Assembly (NCBI GenBank): GCA_030153785.1
Contig: JASKLF010000003.1
Location: 18,673-82,672, forward strand
Direction of reading: 5' to 3'
Source of the DNA: a bacterium
Lineage (GTDB): Bacteria > Synergistota > GBS-1
Length of the DNA stretch: 64,000 nucleotides
Below the pieces are notes generated by a model. That model saw only the letters and a program-made list of their open reading frames with translations. It made no database searches and was not told where the DNA came from. Shown here piece by piece: positions 20,324 through 29,831 of this stretch (positions are counted from its first letter, which is position 1; every line of letters starts with the position of its first letter). The translations under genes and the position numbers were made by a program.

Positions 20324-21310
20324 CTAAAGACCGAGTATTTCCTTTATAGCTCTTTCATGAAGAGGCGTCTGAGGACGAGCTACCCCAGCAATGGGGTCAT
20401 AAAAAACAAGCTCTGCCGAAGTAAGCCTTTCAACGCTCTCCCTATCTTTAAGAAGCATATCTACCCTCCCGCCCATAACGATCTTAACGAGAACTTCTCC
20501 ATCCCTTTTAGCCAATTCCTCCTTCCCACCCCAAAGCCTACCTAACTTTTCGAGCACCTCTCCCTTAATCATGTTATACAAGCTCCTAACAGATTCTCTA
20601 ACTCCAAGAAGCTTCCTCCTTGATATGACCCTCTCCAAAAACCAAGGGACACCCCCGCACCAAGAAACTACATAGGAAGCTTCTGCTTCGTTCAGCCTTT
20701 CAGAGATAAGAATTTGCTTAGCCAAATCATTAGGGAAAAAATCCACGAGGAAATATTCAACACAATTGGCCAAAAAAGACTTAGAGCATAATTCTTCAAT
20801 AAAGAATGTGTCCGAAGTTAGCAATACAACGTGAGACAAATGCTCCACCTTGGTTATCCTAACGAAAAAATTAAGAAGCTCTTCTAAAACGCCTCCGTCA
20901 CCTATCGGGCTATGGAAATACAGGTTCTTTAGCTTTTGCACTTCATCCATTATCAATACGCTATTTACCTTTGTCCTTTTTAAACGTTCTTCCAAAACCT
21001 CAAAGGGGTTAGCCTCTCCCTTACTCAGAGCGTCTTTTACTTTTTCATCTAATCTGAAAAAGTCTGGACTTTCTTCGAAAGAAACGGCTTTAAAAAGTAA
21101 ATCGGAGAAACTTTTGTAGGCCCTCAATAGTTTGCCTCTAAAGTCATAATAAATAATGTTATTTTTCCCTCTAAGCTTTCTCATAAGCTCTTTCATAAGG
21201 GTGCTTTTTCCAGAAGACTTGGGACCATATACAAAGAGAATTGCATTAGGAGCGCTTCTGAGATAGGCCTTTAAGAACTTAAGCTCGCCCTTCCTATCCC
21301 AGAATCTCAA
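20324..21310 (-). CDS. Archaeal-type (ATPase_2/STAND-like) ATP-binding protein
   Basis: MRFWDRKGEL, ILFVYGPKSSGKSTL Walker A, VLIMDEVQKL Walker B, HLSHVVLLTSDTFFI, CGGVP. Confidence 0.85.
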   Translation of the reverse strand: MRFWDRKGELKFLKAYLRSAPNAILFVYGPKSSGKSTLMKELMRKLRGKNNIIYYDFRGKLLRAYKSFSDLLFKAVSFEESPDFFRLDEKVKDALSKGEANPFEVLEERLKRTKVNSVLIMDEVQKLKNLYFHSPIGDGGVLEELLNFFVRITKVEHLSHVVLLTSDTFFIEELCSKSFLANCVEYFLVDFFPNDLAKQILISERLNEAEASYVVSWCGGVPWFLERVISRRKLLGVRESVRSLYNMIKGEVLEKLGRLWGGKEELAKRDGEVLVKIVMGGRVDMLLKDRESVERLTSAELVFYDPIAGVARPQTPLHERAIKEILGL

Positions 21311-21355
21311 GATATAAACACACCTCCTGATTTTCTCTATAAAAACCTATAAAGG

Positions 21356-21388
21356 ATTATAGCATATAAGATTTCTTTTTGATACAAT
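21356..21388. promoter_or_regulatory. Divergent extended -10 promoters (ATPase locus / efp)
   Basis: Minus strand TATGCTATAAT at 21366-21356; plus strand TGATACAAT at 21380-21388. Confidence 0.62.
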
Positions 21389-21430
21389 TATGTATGCTCT
21401 CGAATCACGGAAGAAAAAGGAGGGATCGTT

Positions 21431-22003
21431 GTGGCAGGATCAATAGGAATAAATCAAATCTACAAAGGAGCAAAAATAGAAATAGAAGGAACTCCCTATG
21501 AAGTCCTTGAATACGAGCATGTTAAACCGGGAAAAGGACAAGCCTTCGTAAGAGTTAAAGTTCTTAATCTATTCACGGGTAACGTTGAAAGGATGAGTTT
21601 CAAATCTAGTGACACCATAACCCTGGCTGACTGCAACGAAAAAGAAATGGAGTTCCTATATTCACAAGGCGATTCAATGGTTTTCATGGACCCACAAACT
21701 TATGAGCAGATAGAGATTCCCACAAACGTCGTTGGAAGAGCTCAATATTTCATAAAGGAAGGAACAAGCGTATACGTGATATTTTATCAAGGCAAACCTA
21801 TAGGAGTTAATCCTCCAAAGCATGTGGATCTAATGGTAACACGAACCGAACCGGGAGTAAAAGGAGACACCGTCTCCGGTGCTATGAAAGAAGCAGAGCT
21901 TGAAACAGGACTGAAAATAATGGTTCCCCTTTTCATAGAAGAAGGAGATATTGTAAGAGTAAACAGCGAAACGGGAGAATATATAGAAAGAGTTAATAAA
22001 TGA
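21431..22003 (+). CDS. efp: Translation elongation factor P
   Basis: HVKPGKGQAFVR loop, PGVKGDT, VPLFIEEGD, TGEYIER. Confidence 0.97.
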   Translation: MAGSIGINQIYKGAKIEIEGTPYEVLEYEHVKPGKGQAFVRVKVLNLFTGNVERMSFKSSDTITLADCNEKEMEFLYSQGDSMVFMDPQTYEQIEIPTNVVGRAQYFIKEGTSVYVIFYQGKPIGVNPPKHVDLMVTRTEPGVKGDTVSGAMKEAELETGLKIMVPLFIEEGDIVRVNSETGEYIERVNK

Positions 22004-22902
22004 ACCCTTGGGACAAAGCACAAGTCTGGAGCGAGTTTTTATATCAAGTACGAAGCTTTTTTAAAGATAGAGGTTTCACAGAAGTTGAAACCCCCTATCT
22101 CGCTCCGTGGCATAACTTAGATCCGAATATAAAACCGATTAGAGTGGAGAAAGGTTTATTTCTCCAATCTTCGCCCGAGTTTTTTCTAAAAAAACTCATT
22201 ATCTTCGGAGCTAAAAGAATCTTTCAAATAGCACACGCCTTCAGGGACGACCCAATCGATGAACTCCACACAAAGGAGTTTCTGATCTTAGAATGGTACC
22301 GCGTAGGAGAAACGATAGAAGCCATTAAAAGAGATGTGGAGGAGCTGGTTTTTAGTTTTTTAGGGAGATATCCACCACCATGGAAGAATATTAGCTTAAA
22401 AGAGCTTTTCGAAGAGATATTAAGCATAGATTTGGAAAAGAACACGGATAGGACTTTATTCTTGAGGGCCTTAAAAAAGGCAGGAATAAAAGCAAGGGAA
22501 AGCTATTCTTGGGAGGAGCTATTCGAAGTGGCCTTTCTAACCGCAATTGAACCAGAGCTTCCCAAGGATGACGCTTTCTGGCTTGTAGATTATCCCTATC
22601 CATTAGCTGCATCATCAACCTGCAACGGTTTTTGGAGTACAAGGTGTGAAGCCTATGTGGAAGGTGTAGAACTTGCAAACGGGTATGAAGAGCTTGGTGA
22701 TCCAGAGGAACAGAAGAAAAGGTGGCTTTCCCGAGGCAAAGAAAGCGAGATAGATTGGGAGTACATTTTGCTTCTTAAAAATAAAGGGCTACCCCCTTGT
22801 GCAGGGATAGCCCTCGGCCTTGAAAGATTAATGATGTTAAGGCTTGGTAGCAAAAATATCCATGATGTTCTTCCGTTCAGCCCTTTATTGAAACAAGCCT
22901 AA
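22000..22902 (+). CDS. epmA: EF-P lysine (R)-beta-lysyl ligase EpmA/GenX
   Basis: LysRS catalytic core without anticodon domain (FTEVETP, LQSSPEF, LEWYR, GVELANGYEEL, GLPPCAGIALGLERL); coupled to efp. Confidence 0.92.
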   Translation: MNPWDKAQVWSEFLYQVRSFFKDRGFTEVETPYLAPWHNLDPNIKPIRVEKGLFLQSSPEFFLKKLIIFGAKRIFQIAHAFRDDPIDELHTKEFLILEWYRVGETIEAIKRDVEELVFSFLGRYPPPWKNISLKELFEEILSIDLEKNTDRTLFLRALKKAGIKARESYSWEELFEVAFLTAIEPELPKDDAFWLVDYPYPLAASSTCNGFWSTRCEAYVEGVELANGYEELGDPEEQKKRWLSRGKESEIDWEYILLLKNKGLPPCAGIALGLERLMMLRLGSKNIHDVLPFSPLLKQA

Positions 22903-24236
22903 ACTTTGAGGTCCTTCAATATACTTCTTATTCTATCTATACCCTCTTTTATCTCCTCTTCTGTTATAGTCAGGGCAGGTCTAAACCTGACACCGTTAGT
23001 TCCACAAGCTAAGATTAGAATCCCCATATCGAAAGCCCTTCTCCTAAACTCGTCTCTAACAGCGGGCGTTGGAAAATCTATGGCAGCCATCAAACCTCTA
23101 TATCTGACATTGGATACAAGTCCGGGGAATTCCTCCCCAAGTGAAAGAAGACCCTCATGAAGAACAGGTGAAACCTTGTTAACGTGATCAAGAATTCTAT
23201 CCTCTTCGTAGATTTCAAGTATCCTTGTAGCCCTCACCATATCAACGATATTTCCTCCCCAAGTAGAGTTAATTCTGCTCGATTCCACAAAACAGTTGTT
23301 CTCAACCTCATCTACTCTGTTTGTAACAAGTATGCCACATACCTGAGACTTCTTGCCAAAAGCTATTATGTCAGGATAGACATCGAAATGCTGAAAAGCC
23401 CACATCTTCCCCGTTATACCCATACCACACTGAACTTCATCAAAAATAAGCATTATGTCCTCTTCATCAGCAATTTCTCTTAAACTTTTTAAAAACTCTC
23501 CCCTAAAGTGATTATCTCCTCCTTCCCCCTGTATGGGTTCTATTATTATGGCAGCTATATCATCAGGATTATCGTGTATGGCCTGTTTAATCTGTCTTAT
23601 GCTTTCTTTCTCAGCCTTTTCCACTTCCTCAATATGTTCTTCTAAAGGCCATATTATCTTGGGATTCAGAACACGAGGCCAATTAAACTTAGGGAAATAC
23701 ATGTGTTTTCTTGGATCCGCGGTATTGGTCATGCTTAAAGTATAACCTGTCCTTCCATGGAAGGCATCCTTAAAGTGGATTACCTTGTGTCCCTTTTCTT
23801 CTTTATACCCCTTTTTGAAGTTCTTTCTTACTTTCCAATCAAAGGCAACTTTTAAAGCATTCTCAACAGCTAAAGCCCCACCATCTATTAAAAATAAATG
23901 CACATACTGAGGAGGAGCAGCGACCCTCATGAAAGTTTTCACAAATTCGGCCAGCTCCAGTGTGTATATATCAGAATTGGCAACCTTGTTCACAGCAGCG
24001 CGAAACACCCTTTCCTTAAACTCGTCATTGGCAAGCTTGGGGTAATTCATGCCCAAGGGAGAGGAAGCAAAGAAAGAGTAAAAATCAAGGAACTTTCTAC
24101 CATCACGAGCATCAATAATCCAGCTCCCTCGGCTTTTCTCCATATCTATGACTACGGGGAAACCATCGACAAGCATATACCTCGAAAGAACATCTAAAAC
24201 TTCGCTCGGCTGAACGCTCCGTTTTGACTCCGTCAT
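22899..24236 (-). CDS. lat: L-lysine 6-transaminase (class III aminotransferase)
   Basis: FLDFYSFFASSPLGMN, GGALAVENALKVAFDWK, AFHGRTGYTLS, FGKKSQVCG, SSRINSTWGG; start placed at ATG 24236. Confidence 0.9.
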   Translation of the reverse strand: MTESKRSVQPSEVLDVLSRYMLVDGFPVVIDMEKSRGSWIIDARDGRKFLDFYSFFASSPLGMNYPKLANDEFKERVFRAAVNKVANSDIYTLELAEFVKTFMRVAAPPQYVHLFLIDGGALAVENALKVAFDWKVRKNFKKGYKEEKGHKVIHFKDAFHGRTGYTLSMTNTADPRKHMYFPKFNWPRVLNPKIIWPLEEHIEEVEKAEKESIRQIKQAIHDNPDDIAAIIIEPIQGEGGDNHFRGEFLKSLREIADEEDIMLIFDEVQCGMGITGKMWAFQHFDVYPDIIAFGKKSQVCGILVTNRVDEVENNCFVESSRINSTWGGNIVDMVRATRILEIYEEDRILDHVNKVSPVLHEGLLSLGEEFPGLVSNVRYRGLMAAIDFPTPAVRDEFRRRAFDMGILILACGTNGVRFRPALTITEEEIKEGIDRIRSILKDLKV

Positions 24237-24255
24237 TTTCCATCCCTCCCACACG

Positions 24256-25374
24256 TTAATTGTTCCTTTCATCCTTTTCTATTATACCATTTAATAGAAA
24301 AGAAACGGCTTCTTTAACCTGATCAACATCTATCCCCAATATACAGTGGGGGTAACCTGCCTTACATTCCAAAGAACAAGGAGGTAAAGCCCTTTTAGGC
24401 TGTAAGACTACACTTTCCGTTTTCCAAGGACCGAAACGCAAAGGGGAATTAAAGGCATTGGGATCTCCATCCTCAGGGTGACAAAACAAAGCTAATACAG
24501 GGATACGAGATGCTGCCGCCATGTGCATCAAAGAGGAATCGTTACCGATAAAGAGCTTTACCCTTTTAAGCAAAGCCCCCGCTTGGCGAAGGGTAGTTTT
24601 CGAAACGAGGTCAACGGCATTACCTTTAAGTCCCTCTTCCAAAAACGCACCAAGCCTTTCTTCACCTTTACCTCCAAGAATAATAAAGAAAGCCCCATAT
24701 TCTTTCATTAGCCATTTGCAAACTTCTAAAAAACGTTCTACAGGCCATCGCTTTTTAAGTTGACCAGCACCAGGAGCAATTGCTACCAACATCTTCCTAT
24801 CAAGACCAAGCCCCCGAACGAGGCTATCGGCAAACCTCTCATCCTCCCCACCCGTCCATAGTTCCAAGCTGTCATCTAAAACCTCAAGGCCAAGAAAGCG
24901 AAGAATATCTAAATTACGCTCTACCTCATGTTTCGCTTCTTTACTTTCTATAGCATGGGTCAGAAAAAGATCGAATCCTTTATTCTTAATTGCTTTATAA
25001 GAAGATACCTTCTCTGAATAACCTACCCTAAGTCGCGCTCCGCTTAAAAAAGCAATAAACGTGGCCCTGTATAGGTCTACATCCCACCGAGGGATTAAAG
25101 CTAAGTCAAATTCTTTCTCTCTTAAGTGGACGAAAGCCAAACGAAGGAAGCGTAAATATTCAAGTACGTCATATTTTCTAAAGTCGTAGATGAAAACCTC
25201 ATCAACATACGGGCATAACTCAACCAAATTATAAGCTATAGGAGCAACGAGAAGAGAGATATAAGCCTTGGGGAAATTTCTCCTTAACTCTCTCAAAAAA
25301 GGGCTTGTCAAAACTACATCCCCTATGGCATCAAGCCGAATAACAAGAATCCTTCGGATATCAACCAGTTTCAC
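24256..25374 (-). CDS. Glycosyltransferase family 9 (heptosyltransferase-like)
   Basis: ILVIRLDAIGDVVLTSP, HEVERNL, KRWPVERF, FIGNDSSLMHMAAA. Confidence 0.92.
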   Translation of the reverse strand: MKLVDIRRILVIRLDAIGDVVLTSPFLRELRRNFPKAYISLLVAPIAYNLVELCPYVDEVFIYDFRKYDVLEYLRFLRLAFVHLREKEFDLALIPRWDVDLYRATFIAFLSGARLRVGYSEKVSSYKAIKNKGFDLFLTHAIESKEAKHEVERNLDILRFLGLEVLDDSLELWTGGEDERFADSLVRGLGLDRKMLVAIAPGAGQLKKRWPVERFLEVCKWLMKEYGAFFIILGGKGEERLGAFLEEGLKGNAVDLVSKTTLRQAGALLKRVKLFIGNDSSLMHMAAASRIPVLALFCHPEDGDPNAFNSPLRFGPWKTESVVLQPKRALPPCSLECKAGYPHCILGIDVDQVKEAVSFLLNGIIEKDERNN

Positions 25375-25395
25375 TTCAAGATCACCTTATAGATT

Positions 25396-26352
25396 TTACA
25401 AATTATAGAAATCCACCTTACCCAACAAAGCCAATAGTTTTCTCATTATAACCCTTTCCGTCTCAGCTCCCCAAAATTTTTTTAAAAATCTTTCGTCAGA
25501 CTTCCTATCTCTTATCAAAAATGGAGGGTGCCGCAAAGGAAACTCAACGTCGCTCGTCTTCGCATTAGCTCTCATATCAAAGATAGACTTAGTATGAAGG
25601 CTACCTCCACCAAAACCGATATTCTTAACGAGGTTTTTACAGGGAATTATAGATAAGCCATTATTTACAGCCATGGTAAATCCCCATTGGAAATCCCAAG
25701 TATCAAGTTGCCCCTTTCTTATAGCGTAGAAAAAGGGAAGGTCCTTTTCCAAAGACAAGCCTATATCTTCCACATAACCCTTCCCTAAAATCTCATCTAA
25801 CAAGCTCATATTAAAATCGTAATTTTTCCATCTGTCCCTCCACGTGGCCCATCCCCACACAAAACCTAAAGAAGAAAAATAATAGCTATAATCCGGATCC
25901 CTAATCCAACCCAAATTAGGATTAAAACCAGCGATATGCCAAACCCTCAAGTCATCTTTATATCTTTTCAATAGCTCCTCGCAGAACCAAAAGAAGCTTA
26001 ATCGAGGCAAACAATCGTCTTCGAGAATGATACCCATCTCTTCGTTTTCAAAAAACCAGGTTATAGCTTCACTAATAGCCTTACCACAGCCCAAATTTCT
26101 ATCTCTAAACAGGGTTTTAACCTTGCAATCCCAATCTATATTGCTCAAGACATACCTTCTAACATTCTCTACCTTTTCTTTTTCCCCATCCTTCCAATGC
26201 CGAGGACCATCAGAAGCAACATAAAACCTTGGAGGCTTAGCCCTTCTTATCATTTCAAATACCTTTTCAGTGGTATCCAAACGATTAAAAATTAGAAATA
26301 AAACAGGGATACTCAAGGGATAAGGGGGCTTAAAATACTTCCCTACCATCAC
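25396..26352 (-). CDS. GT-A fold glycosyltransferase (HlpA-like)
   Basis: PVLFLIFNR, ASDGPR, NLGCGKAISEAITWFF, IILEDDCLP, WGWATWRDRW, DTWDFQW, NIGFG. Confidence 0.85.
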   Translation of the reverse strand: MMVGKYFKPPYPLSIPVLFLIFNRLDTTEKVFEMIRRAKPPRFYVASDGPRHWKDGEKEKVENVRRYVLSNIDWDCKVKTLFRDRNLGCGKAISEAITWFFENEEMGIILEDDCLPRLSFFWFCEELLKRYKDDLRVWHIAGFNPNLGWIRDPDYSYYFSSLGFVWGWATWRDRWKNYDFNMSLLDEILGKGYVEDIGLSLEKDLPFFYAIRKGQLDTWDFQWGFTMAVNNGLSIIPCKNLVKNIGFGGGSLHTKSIFDMRANAKTSDVEFPLRHPPFLIRDRKSDERFLKKFWGAETERVIMRKLLALLGKVDFYNL

Positions 26353-26609
26353 ACCAACAACTCCCTCTGGACGAAAACATAAATATCGAAAGCCTTATAA
26401 AACAATTTATAATCATGCTCCCTTAAGTAGGGATAAATAACCCCGTCTCCCAACCTTTCAAGGGGATAACCTAAAAATTCTACGACGATCACGTTTGACC
26501 CATATTCTTTAAACCAAGAGACTTTAGCGCTATAACGTTGTAATCCTCTTTATCAAGGCATCCAAGGCAGAGGCATCAAGCAGGAAGCATGATATTTATC
26601 AAACAACTT
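26349..26609 (-). pseudogene. Degraded 3' remnant of an FkbM-like methyltransferase
   Basis: Fragments in different frames: KLFDKY / ALKSL / FKEYGSNVIVVEFLG..IYPYLREHDYKLFYKAFDIYVFVQRELLV*; its TGA overlaps the next start codon. Confidence 0.55.
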
Positions 26610-27737
26610 TTAGAATCGGGAATCGGGTTTTATTTCTCTCTTAAGAGAATCTAAATACCAATTATATGTTTTTCTTATCCCTTCCTCCAGGCTTATCTTC
26701 GGTTTCCACCCTAACTCTTTTATTTTGGAAACATCAAGAAGCTTTCTCGGAACACCATCAGGTTTGGATAGGTCATGTTCTATTTCACCGTTAAAGCCTA
26801 TAATATCTTTAACCATCCATGCCAAATCCTTTATCCTTATATCCTCTCCCGTCCCCACATTAACAAAATAATCCGGGCACAATTTCCTCATATCAGAGGC
26901 GTCCACCTTCTCCATTAAAAATACACAGGCATCAGCAAGGTCATCTACATAAAGAAACTCCCGATAAACCTCTCCGCTTCCCCAGATAAGAACTTTAACT
27001 CTACGGGAAAATTTATCAAATAGTATTCCATACTGCTCCAATATCCTTAAGATAATATCTTTCGGACTCTCACCAGTAATATTCTCTATTGGTCGAGTAT
27101 TAAGGTCATTTCTTATACCTTCCCAATCCTCGTCCTCAAGAGCCTTACCTAAATGAAATTTTCTTATTAAGGCAGGAAGAACATGGGAAGTATACAAGTC
27201 AAAGTTGTCATTCGGTCCATATAAATTGGTTGGCATAACCGATATAAAATTCGTTCCAAACTGCTCATTGTAATATCTGCAAAGCTTTATAGCCGCTATT
27301 TTCGCTATGGCATAAGCCTCATTCGTAGGCTCAAGATACCCAGACAAAAGATACTCCTCCTTCATCGGCTGTGGAGAAAGCCGAGGATATATGCAAGAAG
27401 ATCCCAAATTTAAAAGCTTATTAACACCAAATTTATAAGAGGAGTGAATTACATTTAAGGCTATCGCCAAGTTATCATATATAAACTCGGCTTTAAAAGT
27501 ACTGTTAGCAAGTATTCCTCCCACCTTAGCAGCACAGAGGTAAACCTGATTCGGACTATTCTCCTCAAAAAATCTTTCAACATCGGATTGTCTTCTTAGG
27601 TCAAGCTCCTTGCTCGTCCTTAAAAGGAAGTTCTTATATCCCGCTTCCCTTAACTTTTTCAATATCGCTGAACCAACAAGCCCTTTATGGCCAGCTACAT
27701 AAACCTTTATCTTTTCCCTCAAACCCGTAAATACCAA
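26610..27737 (-). CDS. fcl: GDP-L-fucose synthase
   Basis: VAGHKGLVGS, AAKVGGILAN, LGSSCIYP, YAIAKIA, MPTNLYGPNDNF, KPDGVPRKLLD. Confidence 0.96.
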   Translation of the reverse strand: MVFTGLREKIKVYVAGHKGLVGSAILKKLREAGYKNFLLRTSKELDLRRQSDVERFFEENSPNQVYLCAAKVGGILANSTFKAEFIYDNLAIALNVIHSSYKFGVNKLLNLGSSCIYPRLSPQPMKEEYLLSGYLEPTNEAYAIAKIAAIKLCRYYNEQFGTNFISVMPTNLYGPNDNFDLYTSHVLPALIRKFHLGKALEDEDWEGIRNDLNTRPIENITGESPKDIILRILEQYGILFDKFSRRVKVLIWGSGEVYREFLYVDDLADACVFLMEKVDASDMRKLCPDYFVNVGTGEDIRIKDLAWMVKDIIGFNGEIEHDLSKPDGVPRKLLDVSKIKELGWKPKISLEEGIRKTYNWYLDSLKREIKPDSRF

Positions 27738-27750
27738 CCCTCCCTTAAAA

Positions 27751-27790
27751 ATAAAAGGGACTGCAAGATTTTCCTGTTCTTGCAGTCCCC
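27751..27790 (-). terminator. Intrinsic terminator after the flavodoxin gene
   Basis: 12-bp stem GGGACTGCAAGA/TCTTGCAGTCCC followed by TTTTATTTTT on the minus strand. Confidence 0.85.
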
Positions 27791-27809
27791 TAAGTAACAG
27801 GAACTCCTT

Positions 27810-28283
27810 TTAAAAGAGCTTCCTAACAAGCTCTGCAACCTTTTTCCCAAGATCTCTACATTCGCTCAAAACCGCGGTGGTCGGTTTACCAATAGATATC
27901 GGACCATAATGGCCACCATTGACTATACCCTGAACTATCATTCCGTGAATTAAAAAAGCCTTTATTATGTCTAAAACCGCAGTTTCAGCTCCTCCCCCTA
28001 AAACGCCACAAGAGGCAAAAGCAGCTCCTATCTTCCCTTTAAGTTCCCCATAATACTTGACGCTATCATCAATGAGCTTCTTCACCTCAGCCGATGGAGC
28101 GCCAAAATAGGTAGGTGTACCAATTATAATCCCATCGCAGTGAAGCATGTCATCAGGGGTAGCCTCTTTCACACTTTTAAGAACCACTTCTACTCCTTCA
28201 CTCTTAACCCCTTCCGCAACAGCCTCCGCCATAGCCTTCGTATTACCAGTTCGAGAATGATAGATCACCACAACCTTGGGCAT
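27810..28283 (-). CDS. Flavodoxin/WrbA-like protein
   Basis: YHSRTGNTKAMAEAVAEG, GTPTYFG, GKIGAAFAS..GGAET. Confidence 0.9.
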   Translation of the reverse strand: MPKVVVIYHSRTGNTKAMAEAVAEGVKSEGVEVVLKSVKEATPDDMLHCDGIIIGTPTYFGAPSAEVKKLIDDSVKYYGELKGKIGAAFASCGVLGGGAETAVLDIIKAFLIHGMIVQGIVNGGHYGPISIGKPTTAVLSECRDLGKKVAELVRKLF

Positions 28284-28286
28284 GGG

Positions 28287-29831
28287 TCACTCCCCCTCCG
28301 CACCAGTAGCTGCTTTGCCACGCCAATCTTCTATCTTGCCACTCCATTCCTGAGCTTTCCTGTATATTTCCTCGGGATCAAGACCCATTTCTTTCCAGCG
28401 CTTTTCCATTCTCTTCCTATAATAATCTTTATCCTCCTTGAAAAGTATGCTCCTGACATAAAGCCACCTTTCATAATCCTCCCAACGCTTCTTGTATATC
28501 TCGTGAATTTTCTTTGAATACTCATCTAAGCCTGAAGCAAGTTCACCAATGAGTTTATCAGCGCCCGGATGTGTAGGATGTGCCCCATACTTTTTAACTA
28601 TCTCTCTCAGCACCTGAGGCTTATCTATTATTATGCAAGGGGCAAGAAGATTATCATCACAATAAGGTTGAGCCTCTCTTATTGCCTGGAAGAACGGAGA
28701 TTTAAGAACCTCTACAAGGCTTTTATTCCTTATGTTGTCTACGGCGAAGTGGACAAAAACACAAGGTTCAACATCTCCATTAGATATTATGTGAAGATAT
28801 CTTTCCCCACCAGCCATACAACCATCCACGTATCTACCATCATTCCAAAAGTCACCCAAGAATATAGGCCTAGTTGAACGCCAGTATTCTACCTTTTCAT
28901 GGAGCTTCGCCCTTTGCTCAGGAGTTGCCATATAGGAGAGGTCTGGGTTTTCTCCGGTTGGAATATATTGGAAGAACCAACCAACCTTACAACCTCTTTC
29001 TATCATCTCATCGATAAACTCATCTCTGGTTAGCGAATCAGCACTTGCACTTGTTAATGTAGCTGAAAAGCCAAATAAAACACCAGCTTCCCTTAGATTA
29101 TCCATTGCCTGAAGAGCCTTTTCATGAATACCAGGTCCTCTTCTTTTATCTGTCGTTTCCTTAGATCCCTCTATGCTTATCATGGGAGCAACATTACCAA
29201 GCTCTGCCAACCTTTCCGCTACCTCTTTGGTTATCAAGGTTCCGTTAGTATAAACATTGAAATAAGCATCATCATGCTTCTCCCATATGTCAAATATATC
29301 CTTCCTCGTGAACACTTCTCCCCCAGAAATTGTGAAGAAGTACATGCCAAGCTCCTTAGCCTCAGTCAAAATTCTATCTATCTCCTCAAAGGTAAGGTCG
29401 TTGGAAGTATCGTAATCACCTGCATAACACCCCTTGCATCTTAAATTGCACTTCATGGTAGGACTTATAACCAAGAAAAAAGGAAGGTGTATCCCAAGCT
29501 CCTCTTCCTTTCTGTCTCTTATGACTCTTCCAAGAACCATGGCATTAACCAACAAATTCCAGATAAGCTTTTCTCTCGCTTTGGGAGAAAGCTCCCTAAA
29601 AACGCGCTTCCAAAGCAAGAAAAAGGGGTGACCCGTATCTGCCATCTTGGCAATTTCCTTAAAGGACTCCTTGTGAAACTTGGTCAAAGCTAAAGAGGAA
29701 AGCAATTGAAAAACTCTCTTTATCTTTTCATCAGCCGCGGCGTCATCGGAGGCCAAAAGATTAGCTATACTTTCCAACACTTTCCCAGAAACGTATCCCT
29801 TAAGCTTGGTTAATATCCCTACTTTCATCAC
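28287..29831 (-). CDS. Radical SAM/SPASM-domain protein
   Basis: CNLRCKGC, ISGGEVF, YTNGTLI, DFWNDG..GCMAGG..HIISNGDVEPCVF, CIIID. Confidence 0.92.
   Translation of the reverse strand: MMKVGILTKLKGYVSGKVLESIANLLASDDAAADEKIKRVFQLLSSLALTKFHKESFKEIAKMADTGHPFFLLWKRVFRELSPKAREKLIWNLLVNAMVLGRVIRDRKEEELGIHLPFFLVISPTMKCNLRCKGCYAGDYDTSNDLTFEEIDRILTEAKELGMYFFTISGGEVFTRKDIFDIWEKHDDAYFNVYTNGTLITKEVAERLAELGNVAPMISIEGSKETTDKRRGPGIHEKALQAMDNLREAGVLFGFSATLTSASADSLTRDEFIDEMIERGCKVGWFFQYIPTGENPDLSYMATPEQRAKLHEKVEYWRSTRPIFLGDFWNDGRYVDGCMAGGERYLHIISNGDVEPCVFVHFAVDNIRNKSLVEVLKSPFFQAIREAQPYCDDNLLAPCIIIDKPQVLREIVKKYGAHPTHPGADKLIGELASGLDEYSKKIHEIYKKRWEDYERWLYVRSILFKEDKDYYRKRMEKRWKEMGLDPEEIYRKAQEWSGKIEDWRGKAATGAEGE

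Noticed and set aside
27000-27150. About 45-aa insertion in Fcl as a novelty
   Set aside because: In frame, and similar long-form Fcl variants are familiar from other bacteria
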